Of a stretch of DNA of 64,000 bases, positions 8,492-17,779 are shown in pieces. Both the position numbers and the translations under genes were made by a program. The stretch's first letter is position 1; every line of letters starts with the position of its first letter. The stretch is from Minisyncoccota bacterium (GTDB lineage: Bacteria; Patescibacteriota; Minisyncoccia; Phycocordibacterales; GWA1-40-21). The notes under the pieces are model-generated. The model was not told the DNA's origin. It worked only from the letters and a program-made list of their open reading frames with translations, and made no database searches. The stretch spans positions 123,384-187,383 of the forward strand of contig JBAYKL010000001.1 of NCBI GenBank assembly GCA_041664585.1. Reading direction: 5' to 3'.

Positions 8492-9657
8492 TTTATTGTA
8501 GAAATACTTCTTATATAGTTCACACCTTCTGATAGAATCCTTACGACGTAATTTAAATCTTTTTTCCTTGTATGTCTTCCAAGCGTTAAACGAATACTAC
8601 AATGAGCAAACTCTGAAGATACTCCAATATTACGTAATACATAAGAAGGTTTTAAATCAGAAGAAGAACACGCTGAACCAGTTGAGCAATATATACCTTT
8701 ACTATCAAGAAACAACACTAAAGATTCACCCTCAACCCCTCTTATTGAGATATTAAGATTATTTGGTAAACGATTCTTTAAATCACCGTTCAAAGAAACG
8801 CCATTAATTTCTGACAAGATTTTAGACAAGAAGTAATCACGAAGCTTTTTCAATCTTTGATTTTCTTTTGCCCTCTTTTTTTCAGATATAACAAGCGCCT
8901 CAGCGAAACCTACGATGGCAGCAACATTTTCTGTACCAGATCTTAAACCCCTTTCTTGACTACCACCAATAATAACAGGATCAATAAAATATTTTTTATT
9001 TAAATAAAGGCAACCGATACCTTTTGGACCGTATATCTTTGAAGAACTGATCGTTAGAGCATCAACACCAAGATCTTTTATGTCCAAAGACAAAGCACCA
9101 GATGCTTGGCATGCATCGCAATGAAAGATTGGGGTAGAAATAGATTCTTTTAAAATTTTTGATATTTTTTTAATTGATTGTATTGTACCAATCTCATTGT
9201 TCGCATACATAATTGATACCAAAATAGTATCTTTTTTAATACTAGATTTAAGTTGTTCTAAGGAAATAATCCCCTCTTTATCTACATCTAAATAGGTTAT
9301 TTCAAAACCCTCTTTCTCTAATTTCTTACAGGGATCCAAAACCGCTTTATGTTCAATACAAGATACAATTATATGTCTACCTTTATTCTTATATGCTCTT
9401 GCGATTCCAAGAATCGCTAAATTATCAGACTCAGTACCACCACTAGTAAATATGATTTCATCTTTTTCTGAATTTAAAATACTAGCAATATTTTGTCTAG
9501 CTTTTTCTATAGCACTTTTAGCCATTCTACCCTGGTGGTGTAAAGATGATGGGTTTCCATATTTTCCTTTTAAATACGGCATCATAACACCCAAAACCTT
9601 TGAATCAATTGGGGTGGTCGAAGCATTATCTAAATAAATCTGAGCAGTCCTTTTCAT
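8488..9657 (-). CDS. iscS: Cysteine desulfurase (NifS/IscS class).
   Basis: YLDNASTTP N-terminus and the PLP-lysine region. Start at MKRTAQ (9657). Overlaps iscU by 4 nt. Confidence 0.9.
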   Translation of the reverse strand: MKRTAQIYLDNASTTPIDSKVLGVMMPYLKGKYGNPSSLHHQGRMAKSAIEKARQNIASILNSEKDEIIFTSGGTESDNLAILGIARAYKNKGRHIIVSCIEHKAVLDPCKKLEKEGFEITYLDVDKEGIISLEQLKSSIKKDTILVSIMYANNEIGTIQSIKKISKILKESISTPIFHCDACQASGALSLDIKDLGVDALTISSSKIYGPKGIGCLYLNKKYFIDPVIIGGSQERGLRSGTENVAAIVGFAEALVISEKKRAKENQRLKKLRDYFLSKILSEINGVSLNGDLKNRLPNNLNISIRGVEGESLVLFLDSKGIYCSTGSACSSSDLKPSYVLRNIGVSSEFAHCSIRLTLGRHTRKKDLNYVVRILSEGVNYIRSISTIK

Positions 9658-9684
9658 ATAAATATACTGTATCAAACAAACATC

Positions 9685-9720
9685 AAAAAAACAAAAACCG
9701 CGAGGGTCGAGTCCTCACGA
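9685..9720 (-). terminator. Intrinsic terminator for the 9748-10401 gene.
   Basis: CGTGAGGACTCGACCCTCGCG hairpin followed by a U-run on the minus strand. Confidence 0.5.
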
Positions 9721-9747
9721 TTTTCGTATCTTTATGTTTATTAATAA

Positions 9748-10401
9748 TTAATTAGAAGTCTGAAAAGCTCTAGGTAAGACCAAAGTTATGTTTCCAGAAT
9801 TATCTACCGCACGAATTAAATAATAATAAACAGTATTTGGTTGGAGATTCTGAATTGTTATTGATTGAGAATAACTAACACCAGAATTATTTGGGGCTAA
9901 AACACCACTAACATATGCCTGATCACCACGAAATGATGACTCGTTAGACTGAATCATCGTTGCATCATAATATAATTGTCCTCTAGCTGATTCGTTTGTT
10001 GACCAACTAATCGTTGCACTGTTACGACCAGATTGAATATTGATATTAGATATGCTTGGTGCATTAATATCCAGACCAAAGCCTGACAACATGATGTCAT
10101 TTATTTTTGAAGCTGTAATTGGACCGACAGTACCAACTTGTGAAATTCCGTAGTTTACTTGAAATTGTGTTACAGCATCTTTGGTTAATGCACCATAATA
10201 TCCACTGACAATTCCTTGGGGATATATAGAATTATTTGTTGCTAAAAACTGCTGAAGTTCTGTAACCTGAGATCCTTTTGATCCAAGTCCGAGCTGGCTA
10301 GTTATTGCTGCACTAACTGTTTGTGCTGTAAAGAATGATACCAAAAGAAGTATCGCTAAAACACCGACCGTAGAGAAACCGAGTATATTTATTTTTTTCA
10401 T
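9748..10401 (-). CDS. Secreted protein: signal peptide, peptidoglycan-binding domain (PG_binding_1-like) and fibronectin-III-like domain.
   Basis: Signal peptide, then GSKGSQVTELQQFL...GYYGALTKDAVTQFQ, then TISWSTNE...TVYYYLIRAVDNSGN. Confidence 0.65.
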   Translation of the reverse strand: MKKINILGFSTVGVLAILLLVSFFTAQTVSAAITSQLGLGSKGSQVTELQQFLATNNSIYPQGIVSGYYGALTKDAVTQFQVNYGISQVGTVGPITASKINDIMLSGFGLDINAPSISNINIQSGRNSATISWSTNESARGQLYYDATMIQSNESSFRGDQAYVSGVLAPNNSGVSYSQSITIQNLQPNTVYYYLIRAVDNSGNITLVLPRAFQTSN

Positions 10402-10500
10402 AGTATTTTTAAGATTAAATTCGAGTAATTATTGTTTGTGTAATCGACCTTTTTGTACATTTATGCCTCTATAATAGATGCCGTCTCAAAGAGAAAAATA

Positions 10501-11136
10501 TTACAATAGCTCCTTATCACTAAAAACCACAGTTCTATTTGAATAGTTTTTTAAAACCTTATTCCAAGTACCTCCACAAGTAATAAGATTTAAATGGGAA
10601 AGTCCATCAGTTGAATTAAATACATCTGAGGCATCATCCGTATATTTGTAATTTTTAATTTTACTTACAATAAAAATAGTTGTATTTTTATTTTCATCTT
10701 CAATATATATTTTATCTCCTATTTTTACCTTGCTCAAATTGTCAAAAACTCCAAGGGTATTATTCTTATAGCCAAAATGTCCCGCGATTACAGAACTACC
10801 TATTCCACCTGGAATTGTACCGAGCCTATACCATCCAACCTTGGTTGGATCCTTAGGCGACTCCATCTCACCAGTTAACGTAAGTCCAATGTACTCGAAA
10901 GAAGCATTAACACTAATTACTGGTATCGTAATATGTACGGGTAAATCTTTTTCTATTTGAACCATACTTACTTGTTCTATTTTTTTGATACCAAGCACAG
11001 ACGAAAGATCTCTGATAAGTTTAATCTTGTTATTATATTCCAGTGATTTAGAAAAAACAAAATTTAAAGACAACAAAATTATAATTCCCAAAACACTCAC
11101 TATTATTAATATTATTTTAAATATTTTCATTTTCAT
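10501..11136 (-). CDS. Sortase-family transpeptidase.
   Basis: N-terminal membrane anchor, catalytic His (VIAGH) and the LITCGG Cys motif. Confidence 0.8.
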   Translation of the reverse strand: MKMKIFKIILIIVSVLGIIILLSLNFVFSKSLEYNNKIKLIRDLSSVLGIKKIEQVSMVQIEKDLPVHITIPVISVNASFEYIGLTLTGEMESPKDPTKVGWYRLGTIPGGIGSSVIAGHFGYKNNTLGVFDNLSKVKIGDKIYIEDENKNTTIFIVSKIKNYKYTDDASDVFNSTDGLSHLNLITCGGTWNKVLKNYSNRTVVFSDKELL

Positions 11137-11206
11137 ATAAATTAAACATGAAATGACCCCGCCAAGGCGGAGCCATTTCCTGCCTCTAAATAAATTTAAT
11201 GAATAC

Positions 11207-12892
11207 TTATTCTAAGTGGGCTCTACTTATACCTGCAGCAATTCTTACTCTTTTAAGAATCCAAACAAGTGTGGTCGAAATTAAGGAGACAATTATGACC
11301 GCTATAATTATATTTAACGCCATATTGCCAGTTTCAGGAAATATCCCTGTATTTGGGAACCTTGGAGTAACTGCAAGGATAGGGCTGATTATCGCGGTAC
11401 TCGAAGAGATACTGACATTACCAATTGGTAGAGATACTGACCCCGTCGTAGACACAACTGGCGTAGAGGTAGTTGCGATGACAATCTGCCAGGGTTGGGC
11501 TATATCATTATTTATAATTGTACAAACCTTATTCTGATTAGTATCTAAAACCAAGACACCATTAACATCGCAATCCCCAGAAAAAGATTGGGTATAATTA
11601 GAATTAGAAATTTCTCTTATTGTATAACTAGAAGTACGGAAAGTTGTCGTCGCACCAGACGCGACTTGTGCATCATTAACAAATAATGGAAAGTCTGCAA
11701 CAATTTTTGTTCCTCCATCATCGTTTATAACCACTTTATTAACAGTAATAGTACCGTACCTTACAATTCTATGAGGAATGGCTGTGTTAGTGATTGTACA
11801 AGTTTTATTATCACCAGAAGAAAGAGTCACGCTACCATTAGCATTACAATCTCCACTAAAAGATTCATTATAATTTGTATTAGCATCTTCACTTACTGTA
11901 TATGTACCAGCGGAAAGAGTATATGGAGTACCTGGAGATCCAGCTCCAACTAAAGGACTTCCAGAGACATCTGCATTCAATGAATTTTTTACATGAAGCA
12001 TAAAATCTGATGGGGCAGCAACGCCACCACTAACGACTTTAATAACATTAAGAGTGGCTGGACCAGAACCAGAAATGCCAGAAACAGAATTAGCATCCAT
12101 CGTAACCTGTGTTTGTGACAAGGCTCTACCATTTAGAACAGCACCTGTTTGCATAACGATATCTGTTGCACTCAATATATTTCCGTTGAAGGTAGAATAT
12201 GTACCAAGGGTTGCTCCTGCGCCACCACCAACCTGCCAAAAAACGTTTGAGGCCAAAGCTCCTCCCGTTAGTATAACTTTTGCCCCAAGTGGAATACTTC
12301 CATATGATGGGACAATAAGGTTCCCTGCTATTTGAAATATCCAAACATCACTGGCGCCACCATTTAAAGTAACTTCATTTAATGTTGCTGTTCCATCTAT
12401 TAAAGAAACATTCGTAGTCCACTTATAAAGCCCTGGAGCAAAAGTTTGTCCTCCGATAAGTCCAGAATATAAATTTGTACCGTCTGGTAAAGCTCTCCCA
12501 GCTGCATCAGTATAAGCAGTTTCCATATTACTTATAGAAGTAGTCATATAAGAAGGGGTTGGCGCTGTATAATTAGCTGCGTATATTCTTCCTGTTACCA
12601 AAGCTGATGTAGAAAATGTGTTAGAAACATCCATAACCGGTCCAAAGCCAGTCATATAACTCGCTGCGGCCGGACTGATTCCAATGTTTCCGACAACGGT
12701 TGCGCTACCGGTATTCGTAATGGCTGTTTTCGCTAAAATAGAAAAACCTCCAGCTAAACCAAGATCTACAGAGGATGGTCCTAATGCCAATGTTGTTATT
12801 GGCCCCACGAGACCAAATACAGACGATATGGCTATTGTTGCTAATATTAATTTTTTATTAAACTTATTCATTTTTTTTATTATCTTATTCAT
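11207..12892 (-). CDS. Cell-surface protein with an N-terminal DUF3494/ice-binding-like domain, two tandem repeats of about 90 aa, and a C-terminal sortase sorting signal.
   Basis: Signal peptide. LGLAGGFSILAKTAITNTGSATVVGNIGISP is the DUF3494 hallmark. Repeats SFSGDCNANGSV...CTITN and SFSGDCDVNGVL...CTIIN. C-terminus FPNTGIFPETG, then a hydrophobic helix, then KRVR. Confidence 0.75.
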   Translation of the reverse strand: MNKIIKKMNKFNKKLILATIAISSVFGLVGPITTLALGPSSVDLGLAGGFSILAKTAITNTGSATVVGNIGISPAAASYMTGFGPVMDVSNTFSTSALVTGRIYAANYTAPTPSYMTTSISNMETAYTDAAGRALPDGTNLYSGLIGGQTFAPGLYKWTTNVSLIDGTATLNEVTLNGGASDVWIFQIAGNLIVPSYGSIPLGAKVILTGGALASNVFWQVGGGAGATLGTYSTFNGNILSATDIVMQTGAVLNGRALSQTQVTMDANSVSGISGSGPATLNVIKVVSGGVAAPSDFMLHVKNSLNADVSGSPLVGAGSPGTPYTLSAGTYTVSEDANTNYNESFSGDCNANGSVTLSSGDNKTCTITNTAIPHRIVRYGTITVNKVVINDDGGTKIVADFPLFVNDAQVASGATTTFRTSSYTIREISNSNYTQSFSGDCDVNGVLVLDTNQNKVCTIINNDIAQPWQIVIATTSTPVVSTTGSVSLPIGNVSISSSTAIISPILAVTPRFPNTGIFPETGNMALNIIIAVIIVSLISTTLVWILKRVRIAAGISRAHLE

Positions 12893-12930
12893 ACTTATAA
12901 AGCCGTCCGAATGCCTAAATTATTACAAGA

Positions 12931-13236
12931 TTAAGATACTAGTTTCTTAACCTGTTTCTTCGCTTTCTTCGCATGAGATACTAAAACTGGAATCTCCTTC
13001 TTCACATTTTTGCTTGTTTTTTTAATATTCTTTACAAATAAAGCATACTCAGCCTTTCCCTTTTTCTCTAAATTCTTCATTTTTGGCTTTAAATACGCCT
13101 TGAGTTCTACAGATTTCTTTTTTATATCACTACGAAACTTTTTCCCTGATTCTGGAGCAAGAACAATACCAGCGGCTACACCAATAGCTGCTCCAACAAG
13201 CCCACTTCCAACCATTTTCAATTTATTATTTTTCAT
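12931..13236 (-). CDS. YtxH-like membrane protein.
   Basis: GAAIGVAAGIVLAPESGKKFR motif followed by a Lys-rich helical tail. Confidence 0.55.
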   Translation of the reverse strand: MKNNKLKMVGSGLVGAAIGVAAGIVLAPESGKKFRSDIKKKSVELKAYLKPKMKNLEKKGKAEYALFVKNIKKTSKNVKKEIPVLVSHAKKAKKQVKKLVS

Positions 13237-13255
13237 ATATTTGTTTAATTAATTT

Positions 13256-13519
13256 TTAAATTTTCTTATCTTCGTTTGAGTCACGCTTTCGTCTTCGCTT
13301 GGACGAAAATAAACGTTCTAATAATTTTGATACGTACTTAACAACCTCTATAGTTTTATCTAATACCCCGTCTGTTAATTCTTGAACTTTACGAGTTGTA
13401 TCTTTTATGTCTCTCATAACACAGATTGCTTGATATAAAAGAATAGAAAACAAAATTCCAACAACTATGATTGCGACTGAAATAGTGAAATAAAAAATGG
13501 TTTGTGAAAGAATAAACAT
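13256..13519 (-). CDS. Small membrane protein (DUF948-like), hypothetical.
   Basis: One N-terminal transmembrane helix plus a coiled, charged tail. Confidence 0.4.
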   Translation of the reverse strand: MFILSQTIFYFTISVAIIVVGILFSILLYQAICVMRDIKDTTRKVQELTDGVLDKTIEVVKYVSKLLERLFSSKRRRKRDSNEDKKI

Positions 13520-13530
13520 TGTTTTATAAA

Positions 13531-14106
13531 TTACTTCTTAAATTTCCTAATTTCTTTCTCTAAAGACAAAATATTAACCTCCATTTGTCTCATCCTGTCT
13601 GTAATATTTACTTCAAAATGTAGTGTGTGATCGGCAAGCTTCTCAGCCACAGTCATAATCTCTGTAATATCTTCCATGGCAAGAAGAATAATTGGTGGAA
13701 ATAATCCAGAGGCGGTATGTTCTTTGCAATGAATCTGACGAGCATTTAAGATCATCACTTTTCTGCCAATAAAAGGAAACTCATGTGCAACCTCGAACCC
13801 TTTGAAGAAGGTATTCCTAGGAAGTATATCCTCAAGCAGCTTTCTTAGTGCTGGAATATTCCATTGACCATTTCCAAGTTCATAAACAACCTTACCTTCT
13901 GTATCTTTCTGTTCGACCTGAAAAGTATTATAAAAAGAACCATTGGCTGTCATAATACGAAAGTCTTTATCAAGAATTAAAACAGGCTCTCTTACGACAT
14001 CCACTACAGTTTTAATAAAAGTCCAGCTTTCTTCCCAAAAACCATTAGCAAAATCTGCTTTCACGGTTTTAACATATTCTCCTTTACCTTTTTTTAATGT
14101 ATCCAT
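13531..14106 (-). CDS. PAS-domain protein with no output domain.
   Basis: PVLILDKDFRIMTANGSFYNTF...GKVVYEL is a PAS core. Confidence 0.65.
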   Translation of the reverse strand: MDTLKKGKGEYVKTVKADFANGFWEESWTFIKTVVDVVREPVLILDKDFRIMTANGSFYNTFQVEQKDTEGKVVYELGNGQWNIPALRKLLEDILPRNTFFKGFEVAHEFPFIGRKVMILNARQIHCKEHTASGLFPPIILLAMEDITEIMTVAEKLADHTLHFEVNITDRMRQMEVNILSLEKEIRKFKK

Positions 14107-14266
14107 ACAAGTGTAGTCGTTTCAATAGCCAAACTATTACAACTTTACATAATATAAAATACGTTATATACTTAAAGTCTAAATAAATCTTACTTTTAAA
14201 TCCCCGCGACTGTAATATCAGCGTAATCTTGCACCTTCAAAACAAATCGGACTCGAACCTAATAAT

Positions 14267-14288
14267 TTGAATAATTTAAATTATTCAA
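14267..14288. promoter_or_regulatory. Perfect 22-bp palindrome TTGAATAATTTAAATTATTCAA, a candidate operator.
   Basis: Exact self-complement. It lies in the divergent PAS/ECF-sigma intergenic region, 54 nt upstream of the sigma-factor ATG. Confidence 0.4.
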
Positions 14289-14341
14289 AAACTACTTGTA
14301 ATATTTTTGTAATATAAATAGCCATCAAACGGCATAAATAT

Positions 14342-14863
14342 ATGATGACCCCAGAAGAAACAAAAAAACAGAAGGGGGTGATGACAGTAGCCCACCACGA
14401 CTATGAGAAAGGAATGAATTCTCGTGCCTTTTTCAAAGTACATAATCACGAAACTGGTGAAGACTTGGTGCAAGATACTTTTATGAAAACTTGGAAATAT
14501 TTAGTTAAGGGCGGGAAAATTGATGTAATGAAAGCTTTTCTATATCATATTCTTAACAATCTCATTGTCGACGAATACAGAAAAAATAAAACCAGTTCAC
14601 TAGATATGCTCTTAGAAAAAGGTTTTGAGCCTAGTGATGATAGTTCTAATAAATTTTTAAATTTCTTAGACGGTAAAAAAGCAATACTTCTTATTAAAGA
14701 GTTGCCAGAAAAATATCAAAAAATAATGCATATGAAGTATATACAAATGCTATCAATAGAAGAGATATCTGTTCTGATTATGCAATCAAAAAACGCCACC
14801 ACAGTACAACTGCACAGAGGATTAGAAAAACTTAAGCTGTTATATAATCGAGCGCACAATTAA
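14342..14863 (+). CDS. ECF-type RNA polymerase sigma factor (sigma-70 regions 2 and 4).
   Basis: EDLVQDTFMKTWKYL (region 2) and ...LSIEEISVLIMQSKNATTVQLHRGLEKLK (region 4). Confidence 0.8.
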   Translation: MMTPEETKKQKGVMTVAHHDYEKGMNSRAFFKVHNHETGEDLVQDTFMKTWKYLVKGGKIDVMKAFLYHILNNLIVDEYRKNKTSSLDMLLEKGFEPSDDSSNKFLNFLDGKKAILLIKELPEKYQKIMHMKYIQMLSIEEISVLIMQSKNATTVQLHRGLEKLKLLYNRAHN

Positions 14864-14895
14864 TAGTCGTTTTTTGTGTTTAATATTTAAAAATT

Positions 14896-15027
14896 ATGTT
14901 TGGAAAAATTATTGCTATATTATTAATACTTTGGCTACTTGGATTTAGTTTCAAAATAGGAGGAGGTTTAATTCATTTATTACTTATATTTATTCTCGTC
15001 GCACTTATAATTCGTTTAATATCTTAA
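14896..15027 (+). CDS. lmo0937-family small membrane protein (43 aa).
   Basis: MFGKIIAILLILWLLGFSFKIGGGLIHLLLIFILVALIIRLIS matches the family pattern (W..G.....GGLIHLLL...R). Below the ORF-track size cutoff. Confidence 0.55.
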   Translation: MFGKIIAILLILWLLGFSFKIGGGLIHLLLIFILVALIIRLIS

Positions 15028-15033
15028 TAAAAT

Positions 15034-15066
15034 AAGCTGGTCGTTTACACGACCAGCTTATTTTTA
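15034..15066. terminator. Bidirectional intrinsic terminator.
   Basis: 11-bp stem AAGCTGGTCGT/ACGACCAGCTT, loop TTAC, with A/T runs on both sides. Confidence 0.6.
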
Positions 15067-15294
15067 ACTCATCAATTTTCTTAATTCATCTTGATTCTCC
15101 CTCATCACATCCATTGTTGCAGACACTTGATCTTTTCCTTCGCTAACTTTTTGTTGAACTTTTTTTGCAATATCTTCAAAAAATTGTGGGTTTTTTTCTA
15201 TTGCTGCCAATATTTTCTCTTGTTGTTCTGCTGGCACGTCTTTCATTTGTGACTTAAGCATCTGCTTCATTGCTAAATTTTTGAAAAATCCCAT
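15064..15294 (-). CDS. Hypothetical small Met/Gln/Lys-rich protein.
   Basis: Clean ORF at the tail of the export operon. No recognisable domain. Confidence 0.4.
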   Translation of the reverse strand: MGFFKNLAMKQMLKSQMKDVPAEQQEKILAAIEKNPQFFEDIAKKVQQKVSEGKDQVSATMDVMRENQDELRKLMS

Positions 15295-15301
15295 TTTTAT
15301 A

Positions 15302-15547
15302 TTATTTAATATCTAATAATTCTCTAATTCTTTCCTCTTGGAAACCTAACGTTGGTTCACCATCTATTATTATATACGGTACCTTAGTACTCCCGGACGA
15401 TTCCTTCAATTTCTCTCTGTTCTCAAGATTAAACTCAACATCAAGGTTTTTAAAAGTAATTTTATGTTCTTTTAAAAAAGTCTTTAATGCATTACACGGC
15501 GGACATTCCGGCATCGAATACAGTATTATTTCTTTTTTCTTTGACAT
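15302..15547 (-). CDS. Glutaredoxin-like / thioredoxin-fold protein (NrdH/YruB-like).
   Basis: CPPC active site near the N-terminus and the VPYIIIDGE glutaredoxin motif. Confidence 0.7.
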   Translation of the reverse strand: MSKKKEIILYSMPECPPCNALKTFLKEHKITFKNLDVEFNLENREKLKESSGSTKVPYIIIDGEPTLGFQEERIRELLDIK

Positions 15548-17070
15548 TATTTTTTAAATGTTATTATTTCTCCTTCTGATAATCCAGAAACAATCTCAGT
15601 AAAACTATTATCTCCCTGTATACCAATTTTAATTTCGTTTATTTCGCTTTTTGAGCCAATTAATCTATTAACATAGAATTTACCATCATTTTCTTCTATA
15701 GCATACCTAGGTACTGATATTACACCTATTTTCTTATCAACCTCTATCTCGATATCAACAGACAAACCACTCTTTATTCTCTCATCTTGTTTATCAAATA
15801 CGATTCTAAGTTTAAAATTTGGTACATTATCAATTAAAGTTTCTGCTGGATCTATATAAATCAATTTGCCCAAAAAAGATTCTCCAGGAAAGGCATCCAT
15901 TTTCATATATACCAAATCACCTATCATAACCTTACCTATATTTATTTCTGGAACATAAGCTTCTACTTCAAAATTATTCGATGAGATTACAGAAACGATA
16001 GTTTGATTTGGATTTATTATCTCACCTATTTTTGCCTCTTGTTTTACGACAAGACCATTTATAGGAGAATAAATTATATTTTTATTAATCACAGCTTCGC
16101 TACTAGAGACCTGGGCTTTTACTTGAGCAACCCTAGCTTCCTGAGCCTTAATTGTCTCCTCCGTTGAACCAGAAAGCTTGAGCTCCATCTGTCTACTAGC
16201 AATCGCTAAAGCAGACTGAGCAGAATTTTGTGCGCTCACCGCATTAAGCACATTTGTTATCGATGTATTTATGTTTGTTCTGGCAAGAGAAACTGCATTT
16301 TTATATTTATCTATTGTAACTTGTGTTATTGAAGAATTTGGCGAGAGAGAGTTTACCGCTAAAGCAATGTTGTCCAAAAAAGCTTTGATCATTTCTAAAC
16401 TCCCCAGAACATTTGTTGCTTTCCATTTCGTCAAAATATTTTCAATTAAAACTCTAGAATTATTTAAATCGTTTTCTAATTGAAAATTATTTATTTCAAT
16501 ATTTATATTAGGATTTGTTGCTCTTGGATTATCAAACATCTGGTCTATAGAATTTCTAATGGCATCGTCAGATTTGGTATAAGCATCATTTATTTTTTCA
16601 TTTAGAGAAATTGTGGTGTTTCTTAGATTATCCTCTGCTGATTTTACTTCTGCCTGAACTACTAAAACCTCTTCTGGCCTAGTACCATTTTTCATTTCGT
16701 TAAGTTTAGCAATTTCAGCATTTAAATTAGCTTCTGATTGTTCAAGATTGGCTAATAGTTCAGATGAGTCTAATCTAACCAAAGCCTGTCCTTTTGATAC
16801 TAAACCGCCAACATCTGCACTTATATAAGAAACCTTACCGCTTTTTTCAAAACCAAGGTCAACAGATGAAGCAGGTTTTGTCTTACCGCTTACACTTACA
16901 GTTTGTTTAATATCACTTTTAATAACAGTGATTTTTTCTACCCCACTATTGTTATTTTTAACAAGAAAAGGGACCAGCGCTAAAATCAAAACAATAATAG
17001 ATATAAAAAATTTAGGTTTTTTAAACATTCTGACCATGCTAACAAAATTTTTAATTATTTTTTTATTCAT
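15547..17070 (-). CDS. HlyD-family periplasmic adaptor / membrane fusion protein.
   Basis: N-terminal transmembrane segment, long coiled-coil, and biotinyl-lipoyl-like and beta-barrel domains. Confidence 0.85.
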   Translation of the reverse strand: MNKKIIKNFVSMVRMFKKPKFFISIIVLILALVPFLVKNNNSGVEKITVIKSDIKQTVSVSGKTKPASSVDLGFEKSGKVSYISADVGGLVSKGQALVRLDSSELLANLEQSEANLNAEIAKLNEMKNGTRPEEVLVVQAEVKSAEDNLRNTTISLNEKINDAYTKSDDAIRNSIDQMFDNPRATNPNINIEINNFQLENDLNNSRVLIENILTKWKATNVLGSLEMIKAFLDNIALAVNSLSPNSSITQVTIDKYKNAVSLARTNINTSITNVLNAVSAQNSAQSALAIASRQMELKLSGSTEETIKAQEARVAQVKAQVSSSEAVINKNIIYSPINGLVVKQEAKIGEIINPNQTIVSVISSNNFEVEAYVPEINIGKVMIGDLVYMKMDAFPGESFLGKLIYIDPAETLIDNVPNFKLRIVFDKQDERIKSGLSVDIEIEVDKKIGVISVPRYAIEENDGKFYVNRLIGSKSEINEIKIGIQGDNSFTEIVSGLSEGEIITFKK

Positions 17071-17076
17071 ATATTT

Positions 17077-17769
17077 TTAATTTATAAATTTATTTGCTCC
17101 AGTTGTTGTTTCGACTATTATACCATCTGCAATTGTAATTACACGATGAGCTACCATTGCATAATCTTTTTCGTGAGTAACCATCACTATCGTTTGCCCC
17201 TCCTTGTTTAATTCTTGAAAAACCTTTAATACGGTTTTGGCTGTCTCACTATCTAAGTTTGCAGTTGGCTCATCTGCAAATATGATCTTGGGTGCATGAC
17301 CTATCGCTCTTGCAATACTTACTCTCTGTTGTTGTCCCCCAGAAAGCTGGTTGGGTAGATTGCTTAATTTGTCTGATAATCCAACTTTTTCAAGAGCTGT
17401 CTTAGCGCTTCTTTCTGCTACGACATTGTCAGCTCCTTGCATAAGTAATGGTAACATAACATTTTCTAAGGCTGTAAGCTCCGGTATCAAAGCATAATCT
17501 TGAAAAACAAAACCTAGTTCTCTTAATCTAAATTTTGTTTTTTCTTTATTATTTAACTTTAAAATGTTAACTCCATCAACAAATATCTCTCCTCCATTCG
17601 GTTCATCTAATAAGCTAAGTTGATATATAAGTGTACTTTTACCAGAACCAGATTTGCCAGTAATAGCAACAAACTCCCCTGGTTTTACATGTAAATCCAA
17701 TCCTTTTAAAACCACGAGTTCTGTATCTCCTGTTTTAAATTTCTTTAATATGTTTGTTGCCTTAATCAT
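17077..17769 (-). CDS. ABC transporter ATP-binding protein (MacB/LolD-like).
   Basis: Walker A GKSGSGKST, signature LSGGQQQRVSIARA, Walker B and H-loop. Confidence 0.9.
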   Translation of the reverse strand: MIKATNILKKFKTGDTELVVLKGLDLHVKPGEFVAITGKSGSGKSTLIYQLSLLDEPNGGEIFVDGVNILKLNNKEKTKFRLRELGFVFQDYALIPELTALENVMLPLLMQGADNVVAERSAKTALEKVGLSDKLSNLPNQLSGGQQQRVSIARAIGHAPKIIFADEPTANLDSETAKTVLKVFQELNKEGQTIVMVTHEKDYAMVAHRVITIADGIIVETTTGANKFIN

Positions 17770-17779
17770 TTTATTTAAA

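Noticed and set aside
11199-12950. Several plus-strand ORFs (for example 11199-11537 and 12054-12335) antisense to the DUF3494 surface-protein gene.
   Set aside because: They are antisense reading frames of a Ser/Thr/Gly-rich gene, with no independent signals.
14241-14262. GGACTCGAACC (reverse complement of a tRNA T-loop) in the PAS/ECF intergenic region, suggesting a minus-strand tRNA.
   Set aside because: The flanking sequence is AT-rich and cannot form acceptor, D or anticodon stems. It is probably chance or a decayed fragment.
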